From NCBI GenBank assembly GCA_905178155.1, contig CAJINV010000007.1:3862265-3926264 (forward strand): a stretch of DNA of 64,000 bases, written 5' to 3'. Every line of letters begins with the position of its first letter. Within the stretch, counting starts at the first letter, position 1. Below are positions 49,025 to 61,133 of this stretch, piece by piece. Below the pieces are notes generated by a model. That model worked only from the letters and a program-made list of their open reading frames with translations, was not told the DNA's origin and did no database searches. The position numbers and the translations under genes were made by a program. This DNA comes from Amoebophrya sp. A120 (taxonomy: Eukaryota > Protista > Dinoflagellata).

Positions 49025-51223
49025 GTTGGATGAGATATTTTAGCAAAAACATGCGAGTGTCTGGCTCCCATCTTCTCTTTGCGCATGACTAGAAATAAAC
49101 CCACACCGAATACATCATGAAGCTTTGTTGTGCATGCGACAGACAGACTGAGTTTAGTTCTTGATTATGGTGGAGTCAAAAGAAACGCTGTCGTGTGCGC
49201 TCCTGTTTTTCGAGGTACACGTATGACATAATAATATCACAACAGCCACCTATCTGCACCCGGGATACTACTACGGAAACTATGCGGCGTTCGATATCTC
49301 AAAGGAAACGATCATCACCAAAAATTACACATAGATTCATTTGTAATGCGCTTGCAAGAATGTGCGACCGTTCAATTACGGAATGCAGTGCGCAGCTGTA
49401 GATAAAGTTAATAAAAGAGTATTTACCTCTTTGTACTTAATTACGTGGTGTGTTGATGATGGTGATTTTTCCCTTGATACCCAGAACACCCAGTGGAGCC
49501 GGCTGGTAGATTTTTGTCAATTTTTGTGGTAGGAGCGCGACATCAACACCATCGGGCCGACGTAGCATTCGCTTCATTCGGGGGGAAAGTACAGATATTG
49601 ATAATAATGGAAATAGATGCAGTCCAATCAATTTGAATTGATACAAAATTTCCGAGAAAAAAAAAGTTGATGCTAGACGTATACGAATGTGAAACTCAAA
49701 CTTCTTTGGCTTTGGAATACAGATTTTTTTTTGACGTAAATAGTGCTTAGAAATAAGCTGGGAGCTATATTGTTTGCAAGAACGCGGGTTAACGTTAACA
49801 CGATTACAGATTCCTGTGAAGCTGAAGATAATATTATTCTTTGCAACACCAGAAGCAAAGGACAATGAGTACTTGCATACTTAGATTTTTTTCTTGTTTT
49901 CTCTACATTATTGATGACTTGCAAAGACGATGCTGTGGTAGCTCTGTTTCCGTGAAAGCAAAGATGTGCTCTTTATGCTGAAGCTACGTAGTGATGCAGT
50001 GTTGATACTCACAACAGCCTGCTGGGGATACTAAACTACAAGGCGGTGATAAATTTATGAACATTATCGAAGGAAAATATTTTTGTAATTTGCAGCTTCG
50101 ATGGATCATGCACGTGACGATGTTTTGCCATTGCATGACATTGACATGGTCGATTTGGTTCCTGAGAGCGATATTATATTTGAAAGATAAGCTTTTATTT
50201 TAGTTTCGTACGTAAGCAAGCGGATGTCACTGTGACTCGCATACAAACTTGTTTTTTGAACAGAACCCGACATAAATATTTTGAACCGGTGTTACCTCTG
50301 AGGTGTATTTCTGGTATACCTTTGAACAGCAAAAAGATAAAAGTTTCAAATTTAGCCGAATTTGCCTCATTGAAAAGAATTTTTTTTACTCCCGTTTCGC
50401 AGTAGGAAAGTTTGCATGTGCTTTATCCAGCAAAATTTGAAATCGGAAAGGCGGATCCATCAGTTGCAACAATTTTGTCATCTTCGAGTTTCATCATGGG
50501 AAGCAAAAGCAAGAGCTTGCAATCGAACCTCCAAACGTTTCTAGTATTTTCTTCAAAAGAAAATGAAATAGTTCGAAAGAAACGCTATTGACACAACAAG
50601 CGTGCTTATTATTTCATCATATCAACACTACACGACCTGAAATTGTTGGTGGCAAGTGTGCCTGGCTCGAGCTTTTCACTACAACCGCAGTCACCGGCAC
50701 CACAGTAAAATTTCGCAGTCATTCTGTTCCCCCACGCCCGCAAACGCAGCGTCGTCTGCCACTGAAGAAGGAAAAAAAAGGCATTAGACAAGGTAAAAGA
50801 TCCTGCTCTTTCAAATCGCAGCTAGGTGGTGATGTCATCAAACCCAATTTTTTAGAAGCCAGCTTCCGATCTAACGAGTAACTTCGAGTTAGCACAATCC
50901 GTTCAAAATATGATTTTAGATGTGACAAGAATCTTTATTCCTGTTGATACATGATGTAGATGTAGAAGCGAAGTTGTAATTGTTTCTTTCCCACAGCATC
51001 GACCCATCTGATAATTCTGAACACAATCACAAACGACCTTAACCATCCCCTTCATACCCACATCAAGTACCACCTATTTGTTCTTTAGTTTTCATGACAG
51101 ACGTGTGGCACCACGATATAAGGCGTGACTCTCACTATGTCTGAGGCGTAAAATTTAGTGGTTTCTATCGAATACCGACGCCCCCTCCTAAACCCCAAGG
51201 TAAGAACTCCTTACTCTCACAAC

Positions 51224-52951
51224 ATGTCGACCCAGTACGGCGACCTTTTCGGGTCGCAGGCCGAAATGGCCAACTTTGCCTATGGGGAGCAGGGCGACCG
51301 AGAAATGATCCGACACGACCGCACCGGGAAGGTTGGTAGGCTGCTGAAAGACCGAGAGCGCATGGCGGCGGCAGCGGAAATCGCGAAGAGCGAAGTGGAA
51401 GCAGGCAAAATGAAGAGAAGAAAGCTGCAGATGGGAAGTACTAGATAGGATAATGAAAGTTTGTCGTATTCCTCATGTCGACCCTGCTTTTACTGGTGGT
51501 TGTGCCGATAGTACGTTGTAGGAGATAAACACATGATTGCAATAAATTTCAGCACGTCGCATCCATACTTTGAAAAATTTATTCATGTTGACATACTAGT
51601 GTTCCTTCTACCTGCTGTTTCGCGTCTGCGTTTCACGGCGTAGATGCTATACAAGAACTCTTCGGCATGATAGCAAAACATGAAAACATAAACAGCCGAG
51701 GGCGCTGCGTTTGACACTTCCGCGGCCGACGTTCTGGAGGAGGAATTTGCGAAGCAGACCGTCGGGCTGACAAGCAAGGAGGAGTTTCTCGAAAAGCGGA
51801 AGAACATCGACGAAATGATCGAGAAGGCGCAGAAGGCGAAAAACCAGGAAAAAGTGGAGAAGAAAATGATTGTGCAGAAGGTAAAGAAAGCCGCGCTCAG
51901 CTTTATCGACGACGAAGATGAGGAGGAGGAGGAGGACGACGAGTCAGAGGAGAATAGAATCACCAGCGGAAAGAACGTAAAGCCAGGAGCTGCTGGTGCG
52001 ACATCATCTTCATCTGCGGTAGCTTCTTCTTCTTCTTCTGCGAAAAAAGACAACAACTCGCCGCCCCCGTTTGAAGCCGCCGAAAGTTACGGCGGGTCCA
52101 GACCCGGCTACGTTTTCAAGCTCGGCGAACTGGGTTTGGGTTACTACGCGGATAGATTACCACCGGTTGGAGGAGGATCCTCGCCTGGAGGTAAAGATAC
52201 AGCTGGGGCGGCAACTTCGAAGGAGCAGACGTTTTGGCGCACGAAAAAGAACCCGACGGTGGACACTTCGTTCCTTCGGGACGAAGCGCGCGAGAAGAAC
52301 CTGGAGCAGCGAAAGAAGCAACTCGCGCTGGAGTACCAGCAGCAGCAGGAGAAGGTGAAGAGAGAACTGGTGGACATTGTGTACAGCTACTGGGACGGCA
52401 GCGGGCACCGGCGGTCACTCCAGATCGAGCAGGGTGCCACGATCGGGCAGTTTCTGAAGGTAGCAAGGCTCCAGCTGCTCGAAGACTTCGCCGCCCTACG
52501 CCACGTCGCGTCCGACGAGCTGCTGTATGTGAAGGAGGATCTGATCCTGCCCCACAAGGTCAGCTTCTACGAACTGATCCGCGACCAGGTCCGGGGGAAA
52601 TCGGGCCCGCTGTTCAGCTTCGACGCGACGGAGACAGTAACCGAGGCCGCCGACATTCGCGTGCAGCGCAACGACTCGCACGCGGGCAAAATCGTGCAGC
52701 GGGCCTGGTACGAGCAAAACAAGCACGTGTTTCCCCAGAAGCGGTGGGAAATCTACGACCCGCAGGTGTCGTACGGCACCTACTCGGTGAAGGGCAACGC
52801 CAACAAGTACAAGCGGCTCCACCAGGACTTGGTCGCGCCAAAGAGTTCCTCGGTGATCGGATCGGGGGCCGGCATTTTCTCGGGCGGGGGAACAGACTCT
52901 GCCGCGAACATGAATCCAAAAAGCAGCGACGCCGCCAGGATGACCAACTGA
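51224..52951 (+). CDS. XAP5: FAM50/XAP5 family nuclear protein (2 exons)
   Basis: QTVGL, KNPTVDTSFL, YSYWDGSGHRR, YVKEDLILPH, GKSGPLF, SHAGK, WYEQNKHVFP..RWEIYDP. Confidence 0.93.
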
Positions 52952-53574
52952 GAGGAAAAATATTCAAGTTGGAACTCTTCGTTGCTCTTCTTTGTTTTAT
53001 ATATACATCTTTTAGTCAAGTATACGACCGACACACCTCTTGTTCGAGTTATCGAAAAACAAAAAGGCTTGCTGACAGTGCCAGTGGCGCGGCAGCGGCT
53101 CGCATGCTAGCGTGAAAGTGTCGAGTGCCGGCCGCGACCTCAACCTCCCGACGTGGTCACCCGTGTTCCGTATCAACAAATGCCAATGCGAAAGAATCAG
53201 AGTGTAGCATTGTGGTCTTTGTCGGTAAGTCATTATGCAGCATATACTTACTTTGGTCTCACGGTGTGTCCGGCATACTTGTCGGCGGGTTTAAAAACCA
53301 CAGGAGAAATAAACCTCGGTCATCCAAAATGGAAAAACAAAAAGGGGACTGAAGATCCAGCTCTTTGTTGTGCTCTTCAACTTCCACCATAAGACGTGGT
53401 AAAAGAACCTGTTTCATCGTTTCCGTTTTGTTTTTGTTCTTTGCTTTTGCGTGCAGATGTTTGTAGTTTAAATGTGAGAAGTGTAAATGACTTTGCCGTC
53501 TTGTGTTTCTGTTTGCTGGTTTCTAACACACATTGTTAAATATCCTTTTTCAACATCGAGATCAATAACAGCCC

Positions 53575-56500
53575 TTGACCGAAGGCGATCTATCAGTACC
53601 GCGAGAAGAAAAGACAAGGATTGACGAGCTCGTCTATAGCATGTGGTTTCCCAAGAAAGACGGAAGCGGAGAAGAAAGCAGCAGCGGCCGGTGTTTCAGT
53701 AGCACTAGCACTGCTACGCCGCCTTTCGAGCTGGAGCGCACGAATAAGGTGCTGGTGCAGCTGCGCCAGCATCGGAATTTCGCACTCGATAAACAAAACG
53801 GCGCAAGGTCGACTAGCCAAAGTTGTAGGAGAACAAGGAGGTGGCCCGAGCTGCCCAACAACGATACTACGGGAACATTAACACCATCAAAAAAGGACGA
53901 GATCGAGCACACTATTAAGGCTCGCTGGTACGACAATCCTGGCAGCATTTGCGGTGCCGGAGGACCAAACCCAAGCGTGCGAAGCAGGAGCTGCTTATTC
54001 GGTCACGTCGAAGATCCTGCTGAGGAAACAAAAAAGACGAGGTCGATAACGATGTTGCGGGAATCGCAATCGGATGCGCAACATATCTCGTTCATCCGTT
54101 CATCTTGCGGTGGACAATGCGCTGATGATCCTTGTTTCGACTATGCCGCCAGCTGTGCGACCGACGAAGCCTCTATTACAGCAACGGGATCCCGCTCTTC
54201 CTGCTCGTCCTCGAGGTCCACTCGCGATAAAAGAACTTGTGGAGATGAAGCGCCAGCAGGAAAGAGGGCAGCTGCTGTACGACCACCAACTGAAAAGAGG
54301 AAAGAACATGACAGAACCGCTGGTGGAACAAGTTCACTCTCTGTGATGAATTCAAATATTGTGTCAGAATCAACTTCGAGACGCCTGAACACGGGTAGGT
54401 CCGCCACCTCGAGAAAACGAAAACGAAAAACCAAAACAATAGAGCCGGACGACTTTAGTAATACTTATAGCTGCGAAGAAGAGCACTGTGACTTTTCTAA
54501 AGGCTCTCCTGGTGCCGTTAGGCATTTTCGAAAAGAGATGGAGCCACCGCTTATGCAAAGTGGACACGCTGCTCCGTTGGCCGACCTCGTCAGTGGCAGG
54601 CCCCATAGTACCAGTGCGGCAAGAATTGCGTATCAGCCGTCGAAAAGGAAAACAGCAAAAGTAGCAATTTACAGTTTCCGGCTGCTCACCCCGATCTGTA
54701 ACTCAATCGCCATGTTTCTCATCCTTCTTCTTCGCATATTCTCATTTCTGCGAGACATTTTAGCACGACACTGTGGGTTTTTTGGAGGGTCTTCAACTGC
54801 TTCGACGTCGAAGGGAACGCTCCACCCTAGCGCCCTTGCGGCCATTGCTCCGAGTGGAGGTCGACTCAGAAGGACCACAGCTACTAGTACCCATGCACGA
54901 GGAAAAGCTGGCTGGAGCTGCTCTAGAAGTAGCGCTACTGCGTCGAAGAACGCAGAAAATGTTGACCTCCACACAACTACTTCGGTCCTGCCGGGCAAGA
55001 CGAGGATTAAAAATCAACATGCGAGCGCTATTAACAAGGCGCGTTCAGCACATAGGAACCGAAGCACTGCGGCAGGAGGGACATGTTGGATGAGGCCGCC
55101 TAGCAGCAAGAAGACTACATTGACTTCAAGAAAAACTACAAGAACCCACTGGCTGCTATCTTCAAGAGCGGCTTTCACGAAAACCCTTTTCTACCAGCTG
55201 CAGCTCCTTCCCCTCCTCACTTTCGCGTGGCACTACATCCCGGGCTCGAACGAGTCCAATATTTTTTACACCTTTCAAGAATTCTACACAGACGCGCAGT
55301 ACGGGCCGGACTTCGGGTACTACAGCAAAGGCAGAATCCTGCAGGGCGAGTTTTTCAACTCCTACACCACCTTCCCGATGGGCCTGTCCCCCATGTTCGG
55401 GAACCTGATCGCCGACCGGCTCTACGCGACCTGGCTCGCGATGGCCAAGCCACCAAAATTCGACATCTTCGAATTCGGTGGGGGCACGGGCGTCCTGGCC
55501 CGCGACATTCTGTTGCGGATCGAGGATCGCTACCCCATGATGGTACCCGCCACGAAGTACACCCTGGGGGAGCGCGCGGCGGGCCTCCGCCGGCAGCAGA
55601 AGAAGACCATCAAGGCCGCCAACCTGACCCACTCGGACCAGATGTTCCAGGTGCGGGAAGCGGACGCGCGGGAGGCCGCGCGGTTGAAGCAGCCGGGCGA
55701 CAAGTTCGTGGGCGCGGTGATCTCGAACGAGCTCCTGGACGAGTTTGACCCCGTGAAGCTGCGACTCATTTGGGAAACCGGCAAGCCGCCCAACCCCTCC
55801 GAGGTCCGCAGCTGCCGGACCTGGCGCGAGGTCTACGTCATGCACCGCGTGGACAAATCCCTTCTTTTGAATAGCAACTGGCAGCGGGAAGCGTCCGCGA
55901 TCGTGTGTGCCTACCTGGATGACCCCTGGATTGCGCGGCTGATCGCCAAACAGTTCGCGAACGAGCGGCGGTGCTACCCCTACGCGGTGTGCTGCGTGCC
56001 CTTATTGCTGGCGTTGAATAAGCTGCTGCACTATGACCACCTGTTTCTGGAACGGTTGGAGTACCGGAACGTGAACTTGCTGATGGAAGAATACGAAAAG
56101 GAGGTGGCATATGGAAGCGTCAGAATCGAAATCGTCAAAGTTGAAATAGTTTGTCATGCATAAAATGCAACCCACAAAGTGCCTGTCTTGCAGAGTAGGC
56201 AAGGGAGGCAGACCGTAAGCCTGTTGCGGGGTAGAAATAGAGCTGCTAAAGTAGCATGACAAAAGGCATACTCCTTACCCAAACCGCATTACAAACTGGA
56301 TTTCGGTTCTACCCAAATTTGTCATGCGCCACTTGAAAACTAGGCGCGAACTGGTATCCGTTTTATGCATGGTAAACTATTTCAACTTTGACGATTCCGA
56401 TCCTGACACTCCCACATGGCAGACCCGCGTGTCTTGGTCACGAAAGAGCAGTATCGAATGATCCGCCGGGCCCATTTGCACGATTACCAGGTGGAGGAGG

Positions 56501-59500
56501 GACTGCTCACCTCTGACAAAATTGCCACGGATCAGGTCGAATTAATTTTTGACATGAAGAATTTGCTCACTCCTTTGCCGCGCAAGGGGCGGGGTCCGAA
56601 GACAAGTATTATGATCTACGTCTTCTTGTTCACAACGCACCATCGAGAGGACCACGTACAAGATGCGCAAAAATTCTAGGATCGAGGCGCCGTGGTCGTG
56701 CAAGATCTTCTGCAAAAATGAATGCTTTGAACAATACGAAATATTACATCAAAACAGGTATCCATGCTTCTGACGGAAGAGCGGTGCGCCGAACTGACAG
56801 CGTTTTTCGCGCGCCACGCGCAGCGGTTCACCCGGGCCGCGGAGCGCCGCGACGCAATCGACGGTACCACTCCGCTGAACGACATTTCGTCCTCTTCGTT
56901 CCTTAAGTGGGTGGTCCGTCCCGGCGAGGAGCAGTTTGCGCAGGAAGCCAGCAAACTGTTGGACCAGGGCATCATGATCGCGATTGACTACGGTGCGGAT
57001 TTTGAGGCCCTGGCTTGGCTGCAGATATCAAATGTGAAAATGTCTGGGTCTGGAAGAATGCAAGATTTGTGATGCAGGTTTTCCATGACCCATGAGGTCT
57101 GGAATGCGAGACCCAGCATGACAGATTCTTTGAGATCTCTATCATGCCTCTCGTGCTTGGTCAAAAGCGGACAGCTTTTGGCACTCACGCAACACAGATT
57201 TTTGCATCATTTAGGTTTAGCATGACAAGTTCTAATCTTCCAGACCCAGACATTTTTGCAGTTGATAGCAGATCGTGAAGCCCAATTACGAGGGGATTCA
57301 CATCATGGATGCCCGGTACGGCTATCAAATGTAAAAATGTCTGGGTCTGGAAGAGTGTAGACTTGTCATGCAGATTTTCCATGACCCATGAGGTCTGGAA
57401 TGCGGGACTTAGCATGACAGACTCTGCGAGGCCTCTGCCATGCCTATTCTGCATGAGAAACTCCGTTCCAACTTGGTCAAAAGTGGACAGCTTTTGGCAC
57501 TCATGCAACACAGATTTTTGCATGCTTCAGATTTACCATGACAAGTTGCAATCTTCCAGACCCAGACATTTTTGCAATTCATAACGGCAATTTCTGCACC
57601 AACAAGGGTGAGCTGCAGTGTCCCGGCATGCACGACATCACAACAAACGTGGACTTCACCAATATATGAAAGTGCACAAGAACTCCCCTTCATCCGCATC
57701 CCCCTATATTTGTATCAATGCAAAATACCTAACTCACAGCAACAGCTTGCTCGTAAGGACTACTTGCAAGACAATGATAAATTCTGGAGCCTCATCAAAC
57801 AGTGCAGTACTACAATGCGCACGAAGATTTGTTGTCATCCGGAAGCCCCTTTCTGCTGTTGCTTGTGGTGATGCTGTAGCTGATGCGTTTTAAGCGCGCA
57901 CCTAGGGGGAGGTGTGCACACGGATACAATTTCGCCGAGGCTGCGAAGGAAAAAAACTTCGAGCTCGTGTCCTACGCGCCCATGATCGAGCTGGAACGGT
58001 TATCACACAGAAAAAACAAGCTAGTGTGTGTGTGTGGCATATTTGTATTGCTACTGATGCAAAAAGATACAGCACTAAAACTTCTATACGTATACTAGTA
58101 CAACACACAGGATCAAATCTGCGATGTTTATCTTGGGCCAGCCCATAGCAACAGGCTGCTTGAAGTATAAATATGCAAGACTCGTCCTGACAGATGATCT
58201 TTTCAACATCGTACTACTCCTGCGTAGTTGCAAAATCTCAACATCCTAGTTTTTTTCTCCGGGATGGCGTTCCTTTGGCTTCGGTGCGCACGAAGAGTCG
58301 CTCTTTCCGCATGTGATCGAGCAGGCCGGCGGAATCAGAAGCGCCGGCGTCTGGGGCTGGTACTCCACCAAAAACACCGAACCCTGGGCCAGCTTCAAGC
58401 TGCTGATCATGCAGAAGCAAGGTAGTGCGGTGCCGGCAGCTGGGAGTTCTACACTTGGTGGTCCAGGAACGACGAGACCAGCAGACGCGGAGCCCATGCT
58501 GAAAATGAACCCGTTTCATGGTACGTGTACGTCTCTAGTAGATCTTTCGAGGCCGCTCTTCGTCAAGAACTACACAAGTCGTGTTGATGGCTTGAGTGAT
58601 GATGATGGCACTTGTTCACGACGGCATCTCTAACCGTGCGGCACATGATAACGCTCACGACGAAAGCGGCTGCTAGTGCTAGAGTGAGACGCAAGGAGAT
58701 GAACATCATCAGCACCGTATCGAACAAAAAAGTGTTAACGTTACGGCTTCGGCGATTTTTAGAATAAATTTTTTTATTTTGCCGCTCAGTCGCTTTCTTT
58801 TCATGTTAAAATCAACACTTTTCATGATACTAGCTACCGCGGGGCGCTGTTGTAGCGTAATCAGTTTGAGCTAGCTAGTGCACAAAGTATTCCATTCCGC
58901 ACCCGAGTCCGGCGTAACCTCCGGAGGAAGACCATGGGCGCCGCGTCTCTGACTGTTTTGGCATGATATGGTGGTGATTCTGGCGACCTTTCGCCTTCAA
59001 GTCTGTCGCGCAAGGTCTGCGTCATGTGTCGGCATATGAGTCTACGCGACAATCCCCCGAAAGGTCCGCGCAACTCCCCACCATATCGCCCGCTTAGAAC
59101 TGTATAGATTCGCTGCGTTTCCAGTCATTGCGTTGTAGCTTTTGAGCCATCTCGCCAAGTTCTTCCCATGAGGCAGAAAAGCTGTCATTTCGAGGATGAG
59201 GAAAATTGGCAAAATTCGGGCACCAAATTGCCCAAATTCTGCAGTCACCCAGAAAACCGCTAACACTTTTTAGACAGGGCGCTATGATCGACCCAGCCTG
59301 CCAAAAGCAGGCTTTTTTGTATGAAAACGCCAAAAAATGACCGTTAACACTTTTTAGACGGGGCGCTATGGTCGATTTATCCTCCCCAGAGCCCGTGCTC
59401 CTTGGCCTGCAGGGTTCTGGACAAAGTAAGTCGATCATAGCATGCTGTCTAAAAAGTGTTAACGGTTTTTCTGGGTGACTGCGAAATTTGGCCTCAAATT

Positions 59501-61133
59501 GATGGCAAATCATGGATTTTTTCAGCGGAATTCCCTATGACCCCAAAAAACCGCTAACACTTTTTAGACAGCGCGCTATGGTCGATTCTGCCTCCCCAAA
59601 GCAGGCCCATCCCCAGTGTCGCTGGCGGCGACGGGGATGGTGGCAGCTCGAGATCATCTCTCAACCACATTGCTTGCAGTAGCTGCCGTCCACGAAGCGT
59701 CCCAAAACAGCTGAAAGGCAGGCTCCGCCGACGCCGAGCTGTTGTGGAGGCGCTGCGACCGGGTCCAGGAGCCGACGCGCAGGGGAAGGCTCCTCATGGA
59801 GCGGCCCCGGTAGGCGAAGTTCCGCGTCGTCAGACCTTGTGCACTAGCTAACTCAAACATAGTTAGCTACTTCAGAGGCCCGCAATAGCTAAAAGAGTGA
59901 GCGGGCCCCTTTATGTATTCAGATAACGCCGGCAGGGAACCAACAAAAAATTTTTAATGCAAAAAATCCAAAACCGTAACGGAAAACATCATCAGCACCG
60001 CCGCAAAGTTTTGTCGTTCCAAATTTAGGTATGGCTCAGTTTCCGCTCCTCCGTGCCCGAGACGAGATCGATAACTGTATGGAGGAGGTGAGTATCAATC
60101 GCAAGTAGAAATATGGCTGGGTCTTGAAGATTGCGAGAATTGACGTGCTAGTTGTCTGGCACGACCCTGAGCTCTGTATTTTTGCGTCGCTACGAAGAGC
60201 TCGTCTCGTCTGTCATGCAGAAACAGAGTTTCTGTTTCTCACACACGCGAAATACACATCAACACAGAGCCCGCGCGAAAGAATCTGTCAGGTTTCGCTG
60301 TGCATTGCAGGAGACTGGGCCCATTATTCAGTGACATGCACCATCATCCCAACTTTCGCTTTCCAGACCCAGACATATTTGCAGTGGATAACGATGCTTC
60401 CCTCCCTGGCCGGCGCCATCCTGCGGGAGTCGAAGCTGAAGCTGAATTCGGTGGAACCCTGGGCGACGGCGAGTATATTGGCGCGTGTGAATCCGGATCT
60501 TGTCTACGACCAGGAACTGGTAACTAATGTAATTCTTGCATAAAACTTTTATGAATATGAAGTCTTTTTTGAAGCATCTCAGACGATGATGTTCTTGACG
60601 ATCACGATGATGATGATAGTGATACATCGGGCACCAAGTTGTAGAAGTATTCGCTTATTCATTGCCGTTTTATGCTACAAGTACAACTAGTGGTAGTGTA
60701 TCAGGTTCAGCATAAACAAAAAATGCACCAGCTGCAAGGCAGTGAGTATGTAACTCCTACTTTGCTCGAACTTGTTGCACAACAGGAGCGGCAGCGGGCC
60801 ATCATGAACGAGTACCACCTGTCCATCTTGCTGCTCGATTATGCAACCCATTTGTCGCAAAACCAGTGCCCCATTCAGTGGGACGAAGCTTCCATTCGCG
60901 ACATTGCAGAGGCGCGGTTGCTGAAGCAAGTGTTCGGCGAGGAGGCCCTGGAGCGGGCACTGAAGTACTACGTACAGGTGAATAACATGACCGTCGTGAA
61001 ACCGTCCTACGTCTCCCAATTTACCCCGGTGGGCTGCATGCTGCGGAAGGGCCTCCTCGGGTATTGCGGGCATAATGAGGTACTGAACGAGGCCTATGTG
61101 GAGGACTTCGACTTGGGGCACATGCTGATGTGA
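53575..61133 (+). CDS. MidA/NDUFAF7-like SAM-dependent methyltransferase with long extensions, multi-exon
   Basis: YGPDFGYYS, YTTFP..SPMFG, EFGGGTGVLARDIL, SNELLD, IDYG, PGMHDITTNVDF. GT-AG introns 56536-56757, 58521-60028 and 60520-60785 plus six introners. True start and inclusion of the 60029-61133 exons are inferred. Confidence 0.75.
56110..56416. mobile_element. Introner with ~55-bp TIR, TSD TGGCA
   Basis: GTCAGAATCGAAATCGTCAAAGTTGAAATAGTTT / AAACTATTTCAACTTTGACGATTCCGATCCTGAC. Confidence 0.92.
57026..57267. mobile_element. Introner family C, TSD GCAGA
   Basis: TATCAAATGTGAAAATGTCTGGGTCTGGAAGA ... TCTTCCAGACCCAGACATTTTTGCAGTTGATA. Confidence 0.93.
57323..57583. mobile_element. Introner family C, TSD ACGGC
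   Basis: Same TIR and a closely related body to 57026-57267. Removal gives DARYGNFC. Confidence 0.93.
57665..57926. mobile_element. Decayed introner
   Basis: TATGAAAGTGCACA ... TGTGCACACGGATA. Flanks CAATA/CAATT. Removal gives VDFTNFAE. Confidence 0.75.
58001..58266. mobile_element. Decayed introner
   Basis: TATCACACAGAAAAAAC ... GTTTTTTTCTCCGGGATG. Flanks ACGGT/GCGTT. Removal gives LERSFGF. Confidence 0.6.
58718..59984. mobile_element. 1.27-kb intronic insertion with family E-like left TIR and 16-bp flanking direct repeat
   Basis: AACATCATCAGCACCG at 58702-58717 and 59985-60000. Starts TATCGAACAAAAAAGTGTTAACGTTACGG. Four internal CCGYTAACACTTTTTTAGAC..GCTATG.TCGA copies, one of them inverted. 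Confidence 0.75.
60093..60390. mobile_element. Decayed introner family C
   Basis: TATCAAT...AAATATGGCTGGGTCTTGAA / TTCCAGACCCAGACATATTTGCAGTGGATA. Flanks GTGAG/ACGAT. Confidence 0.75.
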
